A DNA stretch of 64,000 nucleotides from an uncultured bacterium (GCA_903829325.1 CAIKPM010000015.1:33597-97596), one strand, 5' to 3'; counted from the stretch's first letter, positions 47,005-56,270 are shown. Translations and numbers: made by a program. Notes: a model not told the origin generated them from the letters alone.

Positions 47005-47033
47005 TTGACATGCGATATATAACGCATTATCAT
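47005..47033 (+). promoter_or_regulatory. near-consensus sigma70-type promoter candidate for higBA
   Basis: TTGACA (47005-47010), a 17-nt spacer, then TATCAT (47028-47033). The -35 lies in the right arm of the inverted repeat ATGTCAA(46981-46987)/TTGACAT(47005-47011). The ATG at 47040 lies 7 nt after the -10. Confidence 0.4.
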
Positions 47034-47039
47034 AGACTG

Positions 47040-47336
47040 ATGGAAGATCGCTTCTGCGACAAGGCAACCCGTGCACTATATAATGGTGAAGATTCGAAGA
47101 TTACACGGAAGCTGCTTCCTGGAGAGCTGAGGGGTTATGCGGTTATTCAACTCGACCGTGTCCTGAACGCGTCACGTATCGAAGACCTGCGACAGCCCCC
47201 GAGTAACAAGCTTGAAGCGCTCAAGGATGATCGTAAGGGCCAGTTTTCAATTCGCATTAATCGCACATATCGTGTCTGCTTTATGTGGGATAATGAAGAA
47301 GGGGCGTACCATGTTGAAATCGTTGATTACCACTAA
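47040..47336 (+). CDS. higB: HigB toxin (RelE/ParE superfamily, 'plasmid maintenance system killer')
   Basis: LEALKDDRKGQFSIRINRTYRVCFMWDNEEGAYHVEIVDYH is a textbook HigB C-terminus. I use the ATG at 47040 (MEDRFCDK); ATG 47010 is the alternative. Confidence 0.8.
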   Translation: MEDRFCDKATRALYNGEDSKITRKLLPGELRGYAVIQLDRVLNASRIEDLRQPPSNKLEALKDDRKGQFSIRINRTYRVCFMWDNEEGAYHVEIVDYH

Positions 47337-47667
47337 ACAGCAAGCGGCTTTGCGTGCTCTGGGACTTCCTACGCAGCGCCGGCCTACGCCACCCGGCGTG
47401 TTTCTCAGGCAGATGTTGGACGAATATCAGATATCTATAACTGACTTTGCGGAACATATTGGCGTGTCTCGTGTTCGATTGAGCGAGATTGTGCATAACA
47501 AGCGTAACATTACGCCAGATACGGCCAGGCGTATTGCGGCTGGCTTTGGTATGTCTCCGCAGTTTTGGCTTAACTGCCAACATACGCTCAACATGTGGGA
47601 CGCCATCGTTGCCGATAACTCTGGCGAGGTCAGCGCGATCCGGCCTCTGGTGCCTGTCGCTGCTTAG
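47311..47667 (+). CDS. higA: HigA antitoxin (Xre-type HTH)
   Basis: PGVFLRQMLDEYQISITDFAEHIGVSRVRLSEIVHNKRNITPDTARRIAAGFGMSPQFWLNCQ. It overlaps the 3' end of higB, in the toxin-first order typical of HigBA. Confidence 0.85.
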   Translation: MLKSLITTKQQAALRALGLPTQRRPTPPGVFLRQMLDEYQISITDFAEHIGVSRVRLSEIVHNKRNITPDTARRIAAGFGMSPQFWLNCQHTLNMWDAIVADNSGEVSAIRPLVPVAA

Positions 47668-47697
47668 AGACGCTTTGAACCCAGACCAGGCCAAGCC

Positions 47698-48606
47698 CTA
47701 ATAAAACAAGCTGGTTCCGGGGGGGATGCAGCGGCCGCGGAGGGGGGCTTTGGTGTATTGGGCGTGCGCTGGGACGCTGACGATGTCGCGCTCGGGCCAG
47801 CGCAGCGCGCTGAGCTTTCCCCCGTAGACACACGCAGTATCCAGGCAAATCGTATTGTTTACCCACAGGGCATCTTGGAGGCGAAAATGCCCGTAGGCCA
47901 TAGTTGTTTCGCCCGTGTACGAAGCCGCCCAGTGGAGTTTGGGATCATACGTGCGGGTTGCGTTGCGAGCCGGCTCGTTCCCATAGATTGCGTGGTTGTG
48001 AGCTTCGGCGCTGGAGCTTCCTAACAGATCGGCGCGTAAGCCCGCATGGCTGACGCATAAGCGCCCTTCGTCTAGCCACAAATAGGTGGGTAGGTCGCTG
48101 AACATGTCGCGCAAATTCCAGAAAAATTGAGCGGATTCGTGCGCTAGTTGGCTGATCGTCTGCGCGGCGTCCGCATGGATGGGTTGAGGGCTGCCTAAAA
48201 TCCCGATCGTAAAGAGAAAGTCATGGTTGCCCATCAAGATATAGCCGCAATCTTGCGCGACGATCGCCATCGCGATGCGTAAGGTGTCGGCGGCTTTCGG
48301 TCCACGATCGAGCAAATCGCCTAATAAAATTACCTTTCGTCCCGCAGGTGGGGTGATGCACGCTACGCGTTCGCCGTGCTCTTGGGCCCAGGTGATGCGG
48401 TAGCCGAGGAGTTCGAGTAATTCGCCGAGTTCATCGCCACAGCTGTGGACGTCACCAATCAGATCGTAGGCGGTATTTACACTGCGCAGATCCCGCCAAT
48501 GCAAGACTGGGCGTTCGCCCAGGTTGCGCGTCGCAGCGAGTGCGTCAAGAAATGATGGCGAACTGCTGATCGTAGGTGGAAGTAGCGTTAATGTTGCTGT
48601 GTGCAT
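47698..48606 (-). CDS. calcineurin-like metallophosphoesterase (PPP family; PrpE / Pnkp-phosphatase-like)
   Basis: GDVHSCGDEL, LLGDLLDRGP and LMGNHD motifs. 302 aa. Confidence 0.8.
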   Translation of the reverse strand: MHTATLTLLPPTISSSPSFLDALAATRNLGERPVLHWRDLRSVNTAYDLIGDVHSCGDELGELLELLGYRITWAQEHGERVACITPPAGRKVILLGDLLDRGPKAADTLRIAMAIVAQDCGYILMGNHDFLFTIGILGSPQPIHADAAQTISQLAHESAQFFWNLRDMFSDLPTYLWLDEGRLCVSHAGLRADLLGSSSAEAHNHAIYGNEPARNATRTYDPKLHWAASYTGETTMAYGHFRLQDALWVNNTICLDTACVYGGKLSALRWPERDIVSVPAHAQYTKAPLRGRCIPPGTSLFY

Positions 48607-48766
48607 TTGTGAAAAGTGTAGCAGATAGCTTCAGACCCTGATATATTGTGGGTTGATTCGGTGATGACTCTTTACGCGAGCATTTGACGATAAAATACCA
48701 GAAGCTATTTTTCTCCATACGCCTTGGCGTTGAACGCTCTTACGAAGAGAGAGGAAGCATGGTGCT

Positions 48767-49354
48767 ATGAGGTTCGCTCCGCATCTGGTCCTGTTGTTTG
48801 CGGTCTGCGTCTTTGTGCTGGCCGGCCTCACCCGGCGCCGCGAGTATCTCTACCTGGGCTTCATTGGTTTACTCGCTGGTGTGCTGTGGCTGCGCCCGAG
48901 CGCGCCCGAGATGACCGCCGATGACGAACGTGTTCTCGAGCAGCGTGTGATTACTGCCGCAAGCGGGCTAGCCGACCAAGCCCAGCAAATTCTTGACAAT
49001 ATCCCCCGCACGCGCAACGAATCGTTAGCTGCGCAAGCGACGGAAAATCAATTTGCCCAGGCCGAGCATGCCTGGTTTGAAGAGGCTGAAAGCGGCAAAC
49101 CCCTCAATGCGTTCCACGACCCCTACTCCAGTACGGCGGCGTTGCGGATTTTGGGGGCTGACAGCTACCTCACCGCGAGCGTGCAGGCCTCGATCGAGCG
49201 CTGCAACGATCATGACGCCGCTTTAGCGTTGCAGGCAGCCCGTGCGGTCATTCGTGATGCACGCGCGGCACTGGGGGGGCAGGTTGACGTGCATTTTATT
49301 CCCCCCGATCTGAGTCACCGCTTTGATAACTCGGACAATTGCACCAACGAATAG
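48767..49354 (+). CDS. hypothetical membrane-anchored protein (two N-terminal TM helices plus a helical soluble domain)
   Basis: 195-aa ORF with no recognisable motif. It is preceded by a 3-codon mini-ORF (ATG GTG CTA TGA) that carries the only obvious RBS. Confidence 0.4.
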   Translation: MRFAPHLVLLFAVCVFVLAGLTRRREYLYLGFIGLLAGVLWLRPSAPEMTADDERVLEQRVITAASGLADQAQQILDNIPRTRNESLAAQATENQFAQAEHAWFEEAESGKPLNAFHDPYSSTAALRILGADSYLTASVQASIERCNDHDAALALQAARAVIRDARAALGGQVDVHFIPPDLSHRFDNSDNCTNE

Positions 49355-49375
49355 CCGGGCTCGGCGAGGGGGTTC

Positions 49376-50593
49376 GTGGCGACCGGCCCGGAACGTCGCG
49401 AAGGCATGCAAGCCGATCACACTGTTCATCCTAATACCGCCGTTGTGCACGCGGGCCATTTTGTTACCCCGGTCAACGAAGGCGCGAGTCCTCCGCTCTA
49501 CCAGGCTGCGGCCTATCGCTTTCGCGATCTTGCGCAAGTCGAAGAGATTTATGCGGGCAACGTGCCGAGCGCAATATATGGGCGTTATGGGGGGCCCAAC
49601 GGAGCTCAATTTGCGGGAGCGATTGCCGAATTAGAAGGCGCACAGAGTGCCTTTGCCTCGGCGAATGGGATGTCGGCCATCGATGCGGCCCTTGCGACCA
49701 ACCTGCCAGTGGGCGCGGCGTTGGTCGCGACGCGTGATATCTACGGCGGCACCTACGAGCTGTTGATGCACGAGTACGCGGCTCCCCGCGCTCAGGTGAC
49801 TTTTGTTGATCAGAGTAATTGTGCGGAAGTTGAAGCCGCGCTCATTCGCACACAAGCGCGCGTGCTCTATACCGAGGCACTGACTAATCCGCTCATGGGT
49901 GTTGCGGATATCGATGCGCTAGCCGCGATTACCAAGCGGCTAGGGGTTTTGCTGATTATTGATGCGACCTTTGCCAGCCCCGCGTTGATTCAACCCTTAG
50001 CACACGGCGCTGATTTAGTGGTCCACAGCGTGACCAAATATCTCGGCGGGCATGGCGACGTCGGTGCTGGGGTCGTTGCTGGTCGCGAGGAGCTGATAGC
50101 CCCGATTCGTGAGCACCTGATTCGCACCGGCGCAACCGTCGCGCATTTCGATGCTTGGCTCGCGACGCGCGGGTTGCGTACTTTAGGTTTGCGGATGGAA
50201 CGCCATTCGAGCAATGCAAATCGCGTCGCAGCGTATTTGGCGAGTGTGCCTGCGGTTCTGCGTGTGCATCACCCGTCCTTAGCGAGTCATGCGCAGCACG
50301 AGTTAGCGAAGCGATTGTACCCGCAAGGGACTGGCGGGATGCTCGCCTTTGATTTGGCAGGTGGCCGTGATGGGGTTGATCGCTTTTTACGCGGACTGCG
50401 GCGTATCGCAATCGTGCACAGCCTGGGTGAGGTCGCAACGACGATCGGCTATTCTGCCGTGAGTTCGCATCGGGGACTCCCGGCACAGCTACGCGAAGAG
50501 CTCGGCGTTACCGATGGGACGCTTCGGCTTTCGGTTGGGATTGAACACTGCGATGATATTATCGCTGATCTGGCCCAGGGTTTTCGTTCTTAA
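49376..50593 (+). CDS. Cys/Met-metabolism PLP-dependent enzyme (cystathionine gamma-synthase / O-acylhomoserine sulfhydrylase / methionine gamma-lyase family)
   Basis: SVTKYLGGHGDV (PLP-lysine motif) and family-typical flanks. The start may be ATG 49406. Confidence 0.85.
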   Translation: MATGPERREGMQADHTVHPNTAVVHAGHFVTPVNEGASPPLYQAAAYRFRDLAQVEEIYAGNVPSAIYGRYGGPNGAQFAGAIAELEGAQSAFASANGMSAIDAALATNLPVGAALVATRDIYGGTYELLMHEYAAPRAQVTFVDQSNCAEVEAALIRTQARVLYTEALTNPLMGVADIDALAAITKRLGVLLIIDATFASPALIQPLAHGADLVVHSVTKYLGGHGDVGAGVVAGREELIAPIREHLIRTGATVAHFDAWLATRGLRTLGLRMERHSSNANRVAAYLASVPAVLRVHHPSLASHAQHELAKRLYPQGTGGMLAFDLAGGRDGVDRFLRGLRRIAIVHSLGEVATTIGYSAVSSHRGLPAQLREELGVTDGTLRLSVGIEHCDDIIADLAQGFRS

Positions 50594-50612
50594 TTCTTCA
50601 CGAGGAGTGTCT

Positions 50613-51548
50613 GTGCAGTCATCTCTTGTCAGTCGTTGTTTCTTGCTGAGCCTTTCTTGCCTCTTGGGGTTGACGGCGTGTACCAGCGGCGCAAAATCGG
50701 CAGGTTCAGCGAGTGCCGGCGCTCCCGTTATTGGGGTCTCGATTCAAAACCGCGAAGCGCAATTCTACCAGGACATGGAAGCGGGCATGAAGCGCGAGGC
50801 GAAAAAATACGGCTATATTGTCAACGTGGTTGATGCAAGCCGTGATAACGCGAAGCAACAGAGCCAAGTTGAAGATTTTCTTTCGCAAAATGTCGCTGCG
50901 ATCGTGATCACGCCTTATGATTCCCAAGCAATTGGCAGCGCGATTGTCGAGGCGAATGCAGCACATGTCCCCGTGTTTACGGCTGATATTGCCAGTGCGT
51001 CAAAACAAGGGAGTGTCGTCGCGCACATTGCGTCGGATAACGTTCAAGGCGGTGGCGCCGCGGCGCAACTGATCTGCCGTGCTGCTGCGGGTGCACCCGG
51101 CCAGGTGGCAATTCTCGACGAACCCGAAGTCACGAGCGTGCAAGATCGCGTGCGTGGTTTTACGCAAACCCTCAAACAACTCTGCCCACAGGTGAAGATT
51201 GTGGCTGATATTGATGGCGGCGGTGAGCGAGCGAAATCAAGTGCTGCCGCTGAAGATATTTTGCAGAGCCATCCGCACCTGACTGCGATTTTTGGGATTA
51301 ATGATGATGCCGCGCTGGGCGCTGCGAAAGCCGTTCAAGCTTCGAATCACACAGCCAAAATTGCCATTGTTGGCTATGATGCCGATGCAGAAGCGCGTGC
51401 CGCAATCGCGCAGGGGGCAATGTACGGCGATGCGATTCAACATCCTGAATTAATCGGTATCAAAACGATCGATGCGATTCATGCATATCTACAAAAGCAG
51501 CCTGTTCCGGCAAAGATTGCCGTTCCTGTTGGCACGTTTACGCGTTAA
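50613..51548 (+). CDS. sugar ABC transporter substrate-binding lipoprotein (RbsB-like)
   Basis: GTG at 50613 after AGGAG gives the signal peptide ...LSCLLGLTAC. Periplasmic-binding-protein type I pattern (IGVSIQNREAQFYQDM..., VGYDADAEARAAI). Confidence 0.8.
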   Translation: MQSSLVSRCFLLSLSCLLGLTACTSGAKSAGSASAGAPVIGVSIQNREAQFYQDMEAGMKREAKKYGYIVNVVDASRDNAKQQSQVEDFLSQNVAAIVITPYDSQAIGSAIVEANAAHVPVFTADIASASKQGSVVAHIASDNVQGGGAAAQLICRAAAGAPGQVAILDEPEVTSVQDRVRGFTQTLKQLCPQVKIVADIDGGGERAKSSAAAEDILQSHPHLTAIFGINDDAALGAAKAVQASNHTAKIAIVGYDADAEARAAIAQGAMYGDAIQHPELIGIKTIDAIHAYLQKQPVPAKIAVPVGTFTR

Positions 51549-51551
51549 CGT

Positions 51552-53066
51552 ATGAACGTGAGCGCGAGCGAACCCAGCGCGACACTCCTGGAAATGCGCG
51601 ACATCGTGAAAACGTTTCCCGGTGTGCGCGCCCTCGACGGCGTGACGCTGAGCGTGCACCCGGGTGAAGTCTTGGCGCTCGTTGGTGAAAACGGTGCCGG
51701 TAAGTCGACGCTGATGAAAATCTTGGCGGGTGCCCATCGGGCTGATAGCGGCAGTATCTTGATTGACGGTGCCGTCGCGAATATTACTGATCCACGGTCG
51801 GCTGAACGCTATGGTATCGGGATGATTTATCAAGAATTTCATCTTGTGCCGACACTTGGCGCGATCGAAAATATGTTGCTGGGGATCGAGCCCTGCGATG
51901 GTTTTTTTCTCAATCACGCTAAGGCGCGCAGCTTGGCGGAACACACCTTGACCCAGCTGGGTAGTACCATCCCGTTTGATTTGCCCGCTGCGCGCATGAC
52001 GGTCGCTCAGCAGCAGCTTGTCGAAATTGCTAAAGTCTTAGTCCGGCGCGCGCGTCTGATTGTCATGGATGAACCCACCGCGGCGCTGAGCGAGCACGAA
52101 ATCGATCATCTATTTGCGCTTATCGCTAAGTTACAAGCCGATGGCGTGGCTTTTGTGTATATCTCGCATCGTTTAGAAGAATTGGATCGTATCGCTGATC
52201 GTATTACGGTCTTGCGCGACGGCCGTACGGTGGAGACGCGTGCAGCGAGCGCATTCCCGCGGGATGAAATGATTGCGGCGATGGTCGGTCGTAGCATCGA
52301 TACGCATTTTCCGGCGCTGCCACCGGTTGATGAGCATGCTCCAATCGTGCTCGAAGTTTTGAATTTGCAACAGCCGCCGTTGTTTCGCTCGATGCATTTT
52401 ACGGTTCGTGCCGGTGAAATTCTTGGCTTGGCGGGCCTGGTCGGAGCTGGTCGTACGCAAATCCTCCGTGCGATTGCCGGGGCAGATCCGAGTGATGCCT
52501 TGGTCCAGATTGATGGCATGCCTATTCCGCATGCGACTCCTGGGCAAGCCATTGACCACGGTCTGGCTTTTCTCACCGAAGATCGTAAAGCGCAGGGTTT
52601 AGTCCTGGGCATGAGTGTGCGCGAAAATACAACCCTCGCTCACCTCAAGCTCTTTGACCGCGGGCTTTTGCTCGACACTGCGAAAGAAGAACAAGAAACC
52701 CGGCGCTTGGTGGCAGCCCTGCATACGCGTACACCCAACACTGCGCAATTGGTGCGCAATCTCTCTGGAGGAAACCAGCAAAAAGTCGTTTTGGCCAAAT
52801 GGTTGCTGGGGCAAGCACGCGTTTTTCTTTTTGATGAACCAACTCGGGGTATTGATATTGGCGCTAAAATGGAAATTTACGCTTTGCTTCTTGCCTTGGC
52901 TGAGAAAGGCGCGGCGATTGTGATGGTTTCCAGTGAATTACCTGAAATACTGGGGATGACCCATCGTTTGTTTGTCGTGCGCGAGGGCACATTTGTTGCC
53001 GAATTCGCCCGAGCTGATTATCGTGCCGATGCGATTATTGCCGCTGCTACAGGAGCTACTTCATGA
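51552..53066 (+). CDS. sugar ABC transporter ATP-binding protein, duplicated ATPase (RbsA-like)
   Basis: Two ABC cassettes: Walker A GENGAGKST, and signatures LSGGNQQK and a degenerate first one. 504 aa. Confidence 0.88.
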   Translation: MNVSASEPSATLLEMRDIVKTFPGVRALDGVTLSVHPGEVLALVGENGAGKSTLMKILAGAHRADSGSILIDGAVANITDPRSAERYGIGMIYQEFHLVPTLGAIENMLLGIEPCDGFFLNHAKARSLAEHTLTQLGSTIPFDLPAARMTVAQQQLVEIAKVLVRRARLIVMDEPTAALSEHEIDHLFALIAKLQADGVAFVYISHRLEELDRIADRITVLRDGRTVETRAASAFPRDEMIAAMVGRSIDTHFPALPPVDEHAPIVLEVLNLQQPPLFRSMHFTVRAGEILGLAGLVGAGRTQILRAIAGADPSDALVQIDGMPIPHATPGQAIDHGLAFLTEDRKAQGLVLGMSVRENTTLAHLKLFDRGLLLDTAKEEQETRRLVAALHTRTPNTAQLVRNLSGGNQQKVVLAKWLLGQARVFLFDEPTRGIDIGAKMEIYALLLALAEKGAAIVMVSSELPEILGMTHRLFVVREGTFVAEFARADYRADAIIAAATGATS

Positions 53067-54043
53067 AGCGTACGTTTATCAAACTTAGCTTGGCGCTGTG
53101 TGCTTTGATTGCGGTCATCGTCCTGGTCAACGCATTTACCTACGGCGCTTTTTTTACGCCGGGCAATATCGTCAACGTACTGCGTCAAATTACCTCGAAT
53201 GCAATTCTGGCAGTCGGGCAAACCTTTGTGATCATTACCGCCGGGATTGATCTGTCGGTTGGCTCATTGGTTTCGCTGACGGGTGTCGTGATGGCCTTAT
53301 TCGCGAATGCGATGCCTGCGAGCATCAATGGGTCGGTTTTGGTTGTACTCACGCTCTTGTTGGGCGCAACGGTCGGCGGTTTGGCTGGCTGGATCAATGC
53401 GTTTCCGGTCGTGCGTTTGGGCTTGCCCCCGTTTATTACCACCTTGGCGATGATGCTCGTGGCACGGGGTGCTGCCTATGAACTCTCGCACGGTCGGCCG
53501 GTGCCGCTCAATAGCGATGCGTTTATGAGCACGGGCACGGGTTTTCTTTTCCGTGGGATGCTGCCCCAATTACCAGGCTTGCCTATTCCCGTGTTATGGC
53601 TAGCCGTAGTGGTGATTGTTTTTGCGATTGTTTTAGGAAAAACGCGTTTTGGACGGTATGTCTATGCGATTGGCGGCAACGAGGAAGCTGCGCGTTTGGC
53701 CGGCGTGCGTGTGGGGCTGATTAAAACGAGCGTCTACGTTCTTTCTGGCATTTGTGCAGCGATTGCGGGCCTGTTGTTGATGGCGCGGTTTGCTTCGGGT
53801 TCTCCGCAAACTGGGACGGGCTATGAACTGCAGGCGATTGCGGCTGTTGTTGTGGGCGGTACAAGTCTCGTTGGCGGCCGAGGGAGCATTCTTGGCACGT
53901 TTGTTGGTGCGTTTCTGATTGGCATCTTAAATAATGTGATGAATCTGCATAATATCGAAAGCTACGCCCAAGAAATTGTGTTGGGGGGCGTGATTTTGCT
54001 GGCGGTTATTCTTGACCAGACCCTCAAGCGGGTCTTGAAATAA
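53063..54043 (+). CDS. sugar ABC transporter permease (RbsC-like)
   Basis: 326 aa, about 8-10 TM segments, of the family with the GGRGSILGTFVGA motif. ATGA overlap with the ATPase gene. Confidence 0.88.
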   Translation: MKRTFIKLSLALCALIAVIVLVNAFTYGAFFTPGNIVNVLRQITSNAILAVGQTFVIITAGIDLSVGSLVSLTGVVMALFANAMPASINGSVLVVLTLLLGATVGGLAGWINAFPVVRLGLPPFITTLAMMLVARGAAYELSHGRPVPLNSDAFMSTGTGFLFRGMLPQLPGLPIPVLWLAVVVIVFAIVLGKTRFGRYVYAIGGNEEAARLAGVRVGLIKTSVYVLSGICAAIAGLLLMARFASGSPQTGTGYELQAIAAVVVGGTSLVGGRGSILGTFVGAFLIGILNNVMNLHNIESYAQEIVLGGVILLAVILDQTLKRVLK

Positions 54044-54044
54044 A

Positions 54045-54076
54045 AGAATCCCCCGCTCCGGAGAGCGAGGGATTCT
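54045..54076 (-). terminator. rho-independent terminator for the minus-strand lipoprotein gene (possibly bidirectional)
   Basis: Stem agaatccc-cgctc / gagcg-gggattct with one mismatch and a CGGA loop. On the minus strand it is followed by TTTTATTT. It lies between convergent genes. Confidence 0.6.
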
Positions 54077-54097
54077 GTGTACGGATCAGATCTGTGC

Positions 54098-55372
54098 TTA
54101 GTGGTACAGAGCGACGTAGTACGGGGTGCCCGAGGTCAGGCTGATTGCATTTGAGGTTGTGTAGCTCAGTGAAATCGTATTTCCGCTGATGCTCGAGGTG
54201 CCAAGGCCGTAGAACCAGGTTGCGCCGTCAGTGGAGTAGGCAACTTTGTAGGTTCCGCTTGGGGTGATGCTCGCCGCAACGGTACCACTGATCGTCGTGC
54301 CCGAAGCGAGTGAGATGGTGCTTGCCGGGGTGAACTTCCCGTAGGCATAGACCGTTGTCACGCCGGTTGACGGTGCCGCGCTAACGCCGGTAGGCATGCC
54401 ACCGGTGATCGCATTGGTTAGGGTGTAGGCGATCGAGCCACCACTGGTACCAACTGGCACGGTCAGGGTGCTGCTTAAGCCAAATGGGCTACCGGTATAG
54501 GTTGTTGTGCTCGTTGTGTTAACCGCGAGGCTATCCGAGGTGCTCAAGGTTGTTGAAGCGGTTGTCGGCGTTGCGGTTGGTGCGGTTGTCGGAGCCGTGG
54601 TTGCCGCAGTGGTTGGTGCGGTCGTTGGGGTTGCCGTTGCGGTCGGGGTGCTGGTCGCACTCGACGTCGGGCTTGTGCTTGGCTCGGTTGTTGGCGCAGC
54701 GGTCGGCGCAGTGGTTGCACCTGGATCAACCGCGGAGGCAATCGAGTAGAGCAAGACAGCATATGTTTTGTTCGCTAATAACGGTACAGTCGCAGGTGGG
54801 GTGACGGTAACGGTGACATTGTTGCCACTGATGACGCCAAGATCATAATTATCTGGAAGCCAAGGCGTACTCGCATTATAGAATGCCAAGTGATAATCAA
54901 CGCTCGTGGACGGGGTTGAGGTTAAATTGAATGAGAACGCAATCGGTTGCGATGCAGTGAACGTGACCGGGCTCGACGGTGTGAACACGGCATAAATCAA
55001 GGGTGTTGCACCGGCAATCGTTGATTTTAATGAACGTGCCGCTGCACTCGGCGCTACGCTGTGAGCGAGGCTAAACGCAGTGATTCCGCTTGGTACGGCG
55101 TTGCTGACCGTTGTCGTACCGACAGGCGTCACTCCGGTCGGTAAAGCGATCGTCGGCGCGCTGCTGAGACCGAGATTGCTCAGCGTCGTAGCGGTCAAGG
55201 GGAGGGTATAGGTTGCCGTGTTGCCGACGACACTTGGTGTCGGTACGACGACGGTTTGGGTTGTTGTCGTCGTAGATGAGCTGCCATTCGGGGCCGGGGC
55301 GCCACCGCCACCGCCGCATGCTACGAGCGAAAAGCCGAGCACAGAGCTCGCTACGAGTAGTTTCAGATTCAA
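54098..55372 (-). CDS. Thr/Pro/Ala-rich surface lipoprotein of unknown function
   Basis: Signal/lipobox MNLKLLVASSVLGFSLVAC-GGGGG. Two beta-rich, Thr/Ser-rich regions are separated by a PT-type linker. Confidence 0.6.
   Translation of the reverse strand: MNLKLLVASSVLGFSLVACGGGGGAPAPNGSSSTTTTTQTVVVPTPSVVGNTATYTLPLTATTLSNLGLSSAPTIALPTGVTPVGTTTVSNAVPSGITAFSLAHSVAPSAAARSLKSTIAGATPLIYAVFTPSSPVTFTASQPIAFSFNLTSTPSTSVDYHLAFYNASTPWLPDNYDLGVISGNNVTVTVTPPATVPLLANKTYAVLLYSIASAVDPGATTAPTAAPTTEPSTSPTSSATSTPTATATPTTAPTTAATTAPTTAPTATPTTASTTLSTSDSLAVNTTSTTTYTGSPFGLSSTLTVPVGTSGGSIAYTLTNAITGGMPTGVSAAPSTGVTTVYAYGKFTPASTISLASGTTISGTVAASITPSGTYKVAYSTDGATWFYGLGTSSISGNTISLSYTTSNAISLTSGTPYYVALYH
54548..54725 (-). 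repeat. imperfect tandem repeats encoding the PT/AT linker of the lipoprotein
   Basis: Recurrent ggttg(c/t)(c/g)g(c/t)... units, translating to TAPTAAPTTEPSTSPTSSATSTPTATATPTTAPTTAATTAPTTAPTATPTTA. Boundaries are approximate. Confidence 0.7.
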
Positions 55373-55513
55373 GATTCACTCCAGTTCAAAACGATGTGGT
55401 TGCATCTCGACACATAGCGAGCGCACTACTCGCAGTATCGTCGCAAAATGGTGAAATTTTAGTAATTCTGACCGATGGAGTTCAAGAACACATCGTGGAT
55501 GGAAGGCTGACGC

Positions 55514-56245
55514 ATGCGCATATTCTCTTGGAAACATTTTTTCGCAAGTGTAATTCTGATGTATTTCTCAGGAACGGTTGCGCAAGCGAAAGTTCATCAC
55601 GCGAAATATCAGCCAGCATTGGTGCTTGATAGTGCGGGCGTAGGCGCGGGGGTCGCATATCATCTCACTCCGACTACCGATCTGCATATGAGTGGTAGTT
55701 CGGCCGGAGCTCAGGTTGCCGGTAGTGGCTCGTATTACATTAGCGGCGCCAATGGTGCCAATCCGGTGCTGCTCAATTTGGATTTTACCGAAAAAATCCA
55801 CCTCGGTAATTTGAGTTTTACTCTCGATCAATACCTTAAAAGGAACAAGCCATTTTTCTTGAGCGCTGGGTTCGTGGAGAATTACTTGCGACTCGATGCG
55901 GATACGATTCCCGCCACCGAGACGGTGGTGTTCGCGGGGACGCAATATTCTGCACCAGAAATTGGCGTATTAGGGATCCACGCGCGCTGGCCCACGTTGT
56001 GCCCGTATTTCGGGTTCGGTTGGGCTGCGAGTAATCCCGATGGGAGCCAGCGCGGCCTTCGCTGGGAAGTGGGTGCGTATCGCATCGGACAAGCCAGCAT
56101 CACCTACACTACCGAAGGTGTGGTGTCCGCCAATCCGGCGATCTTTAATCCCTACTTGGAATCTCTCCGCGGTACGCTTGTGCATGATCTCAGCGGACTG
56201 AAAATCTACCCAGTGCTGCGTATGAGCGTCCCGATTGGAAAATAA
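55514..56245 (+). CDS. secreted hypothetical protein (possible beta-barrel)
   Basis: Signal peptide ...ILMYFSGTVAQA-KV. The rest shows an alternating beta-strand-like pattern with no recognised motif. Confidence 0.4.
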   Translation: MRIFSWKHFFASVILMYFSGTVAQAKVHHAKYQPALVLDSAGVGAGVAYHLTPTTDLHMSGSSAGAQVAGSGSYYISGANGANPVLLNLDFTEKIHLGNLSFTLDQYLKRNKPFFLSAGFVENYLRLDADTIPATETVVFAGTQYSAPEIGVLGIHARWPTLCPYFGFGWAASNPDGSQRGLRWEVGAYRIGQASITYTTEGVVSANPAIFNPYLESLRGTLVHDLSGLKIYPVLRMSVPIGK

Positions 56246-56270
56246 GCAAGCTTGGCTTTCGAGATACCCT

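Noticed and set aside
48759-48770. Three-codon mini-ORF (ATG GTG CTA TGA) overlapping the start of the 48767 ORF as a regulatory uORF
   Set aside because: It is too short to evaluate and could simply mean the annotated start of the hypothetical gene is wrong. There is no supporting structure.
54548-54725. Possible CRISPR-like or other non-coding tandem array
   Set aside because: The repeats are short, imperfect, contiguous without spacers, and in frame within a coding sequence (Pro/Thr linker). I saw no CRISPR-like repeat-spacer periodicity anywhere in the window.
54507-54804. Val/Ala/Gly-rich and Gln/Pro/Arg-rich ORFs overlapping the PT-linker region
   Set aside because: They are off-frame or antisense translations of the repetitive linker-coding DNA of the 54098-55372 lipoprotein.
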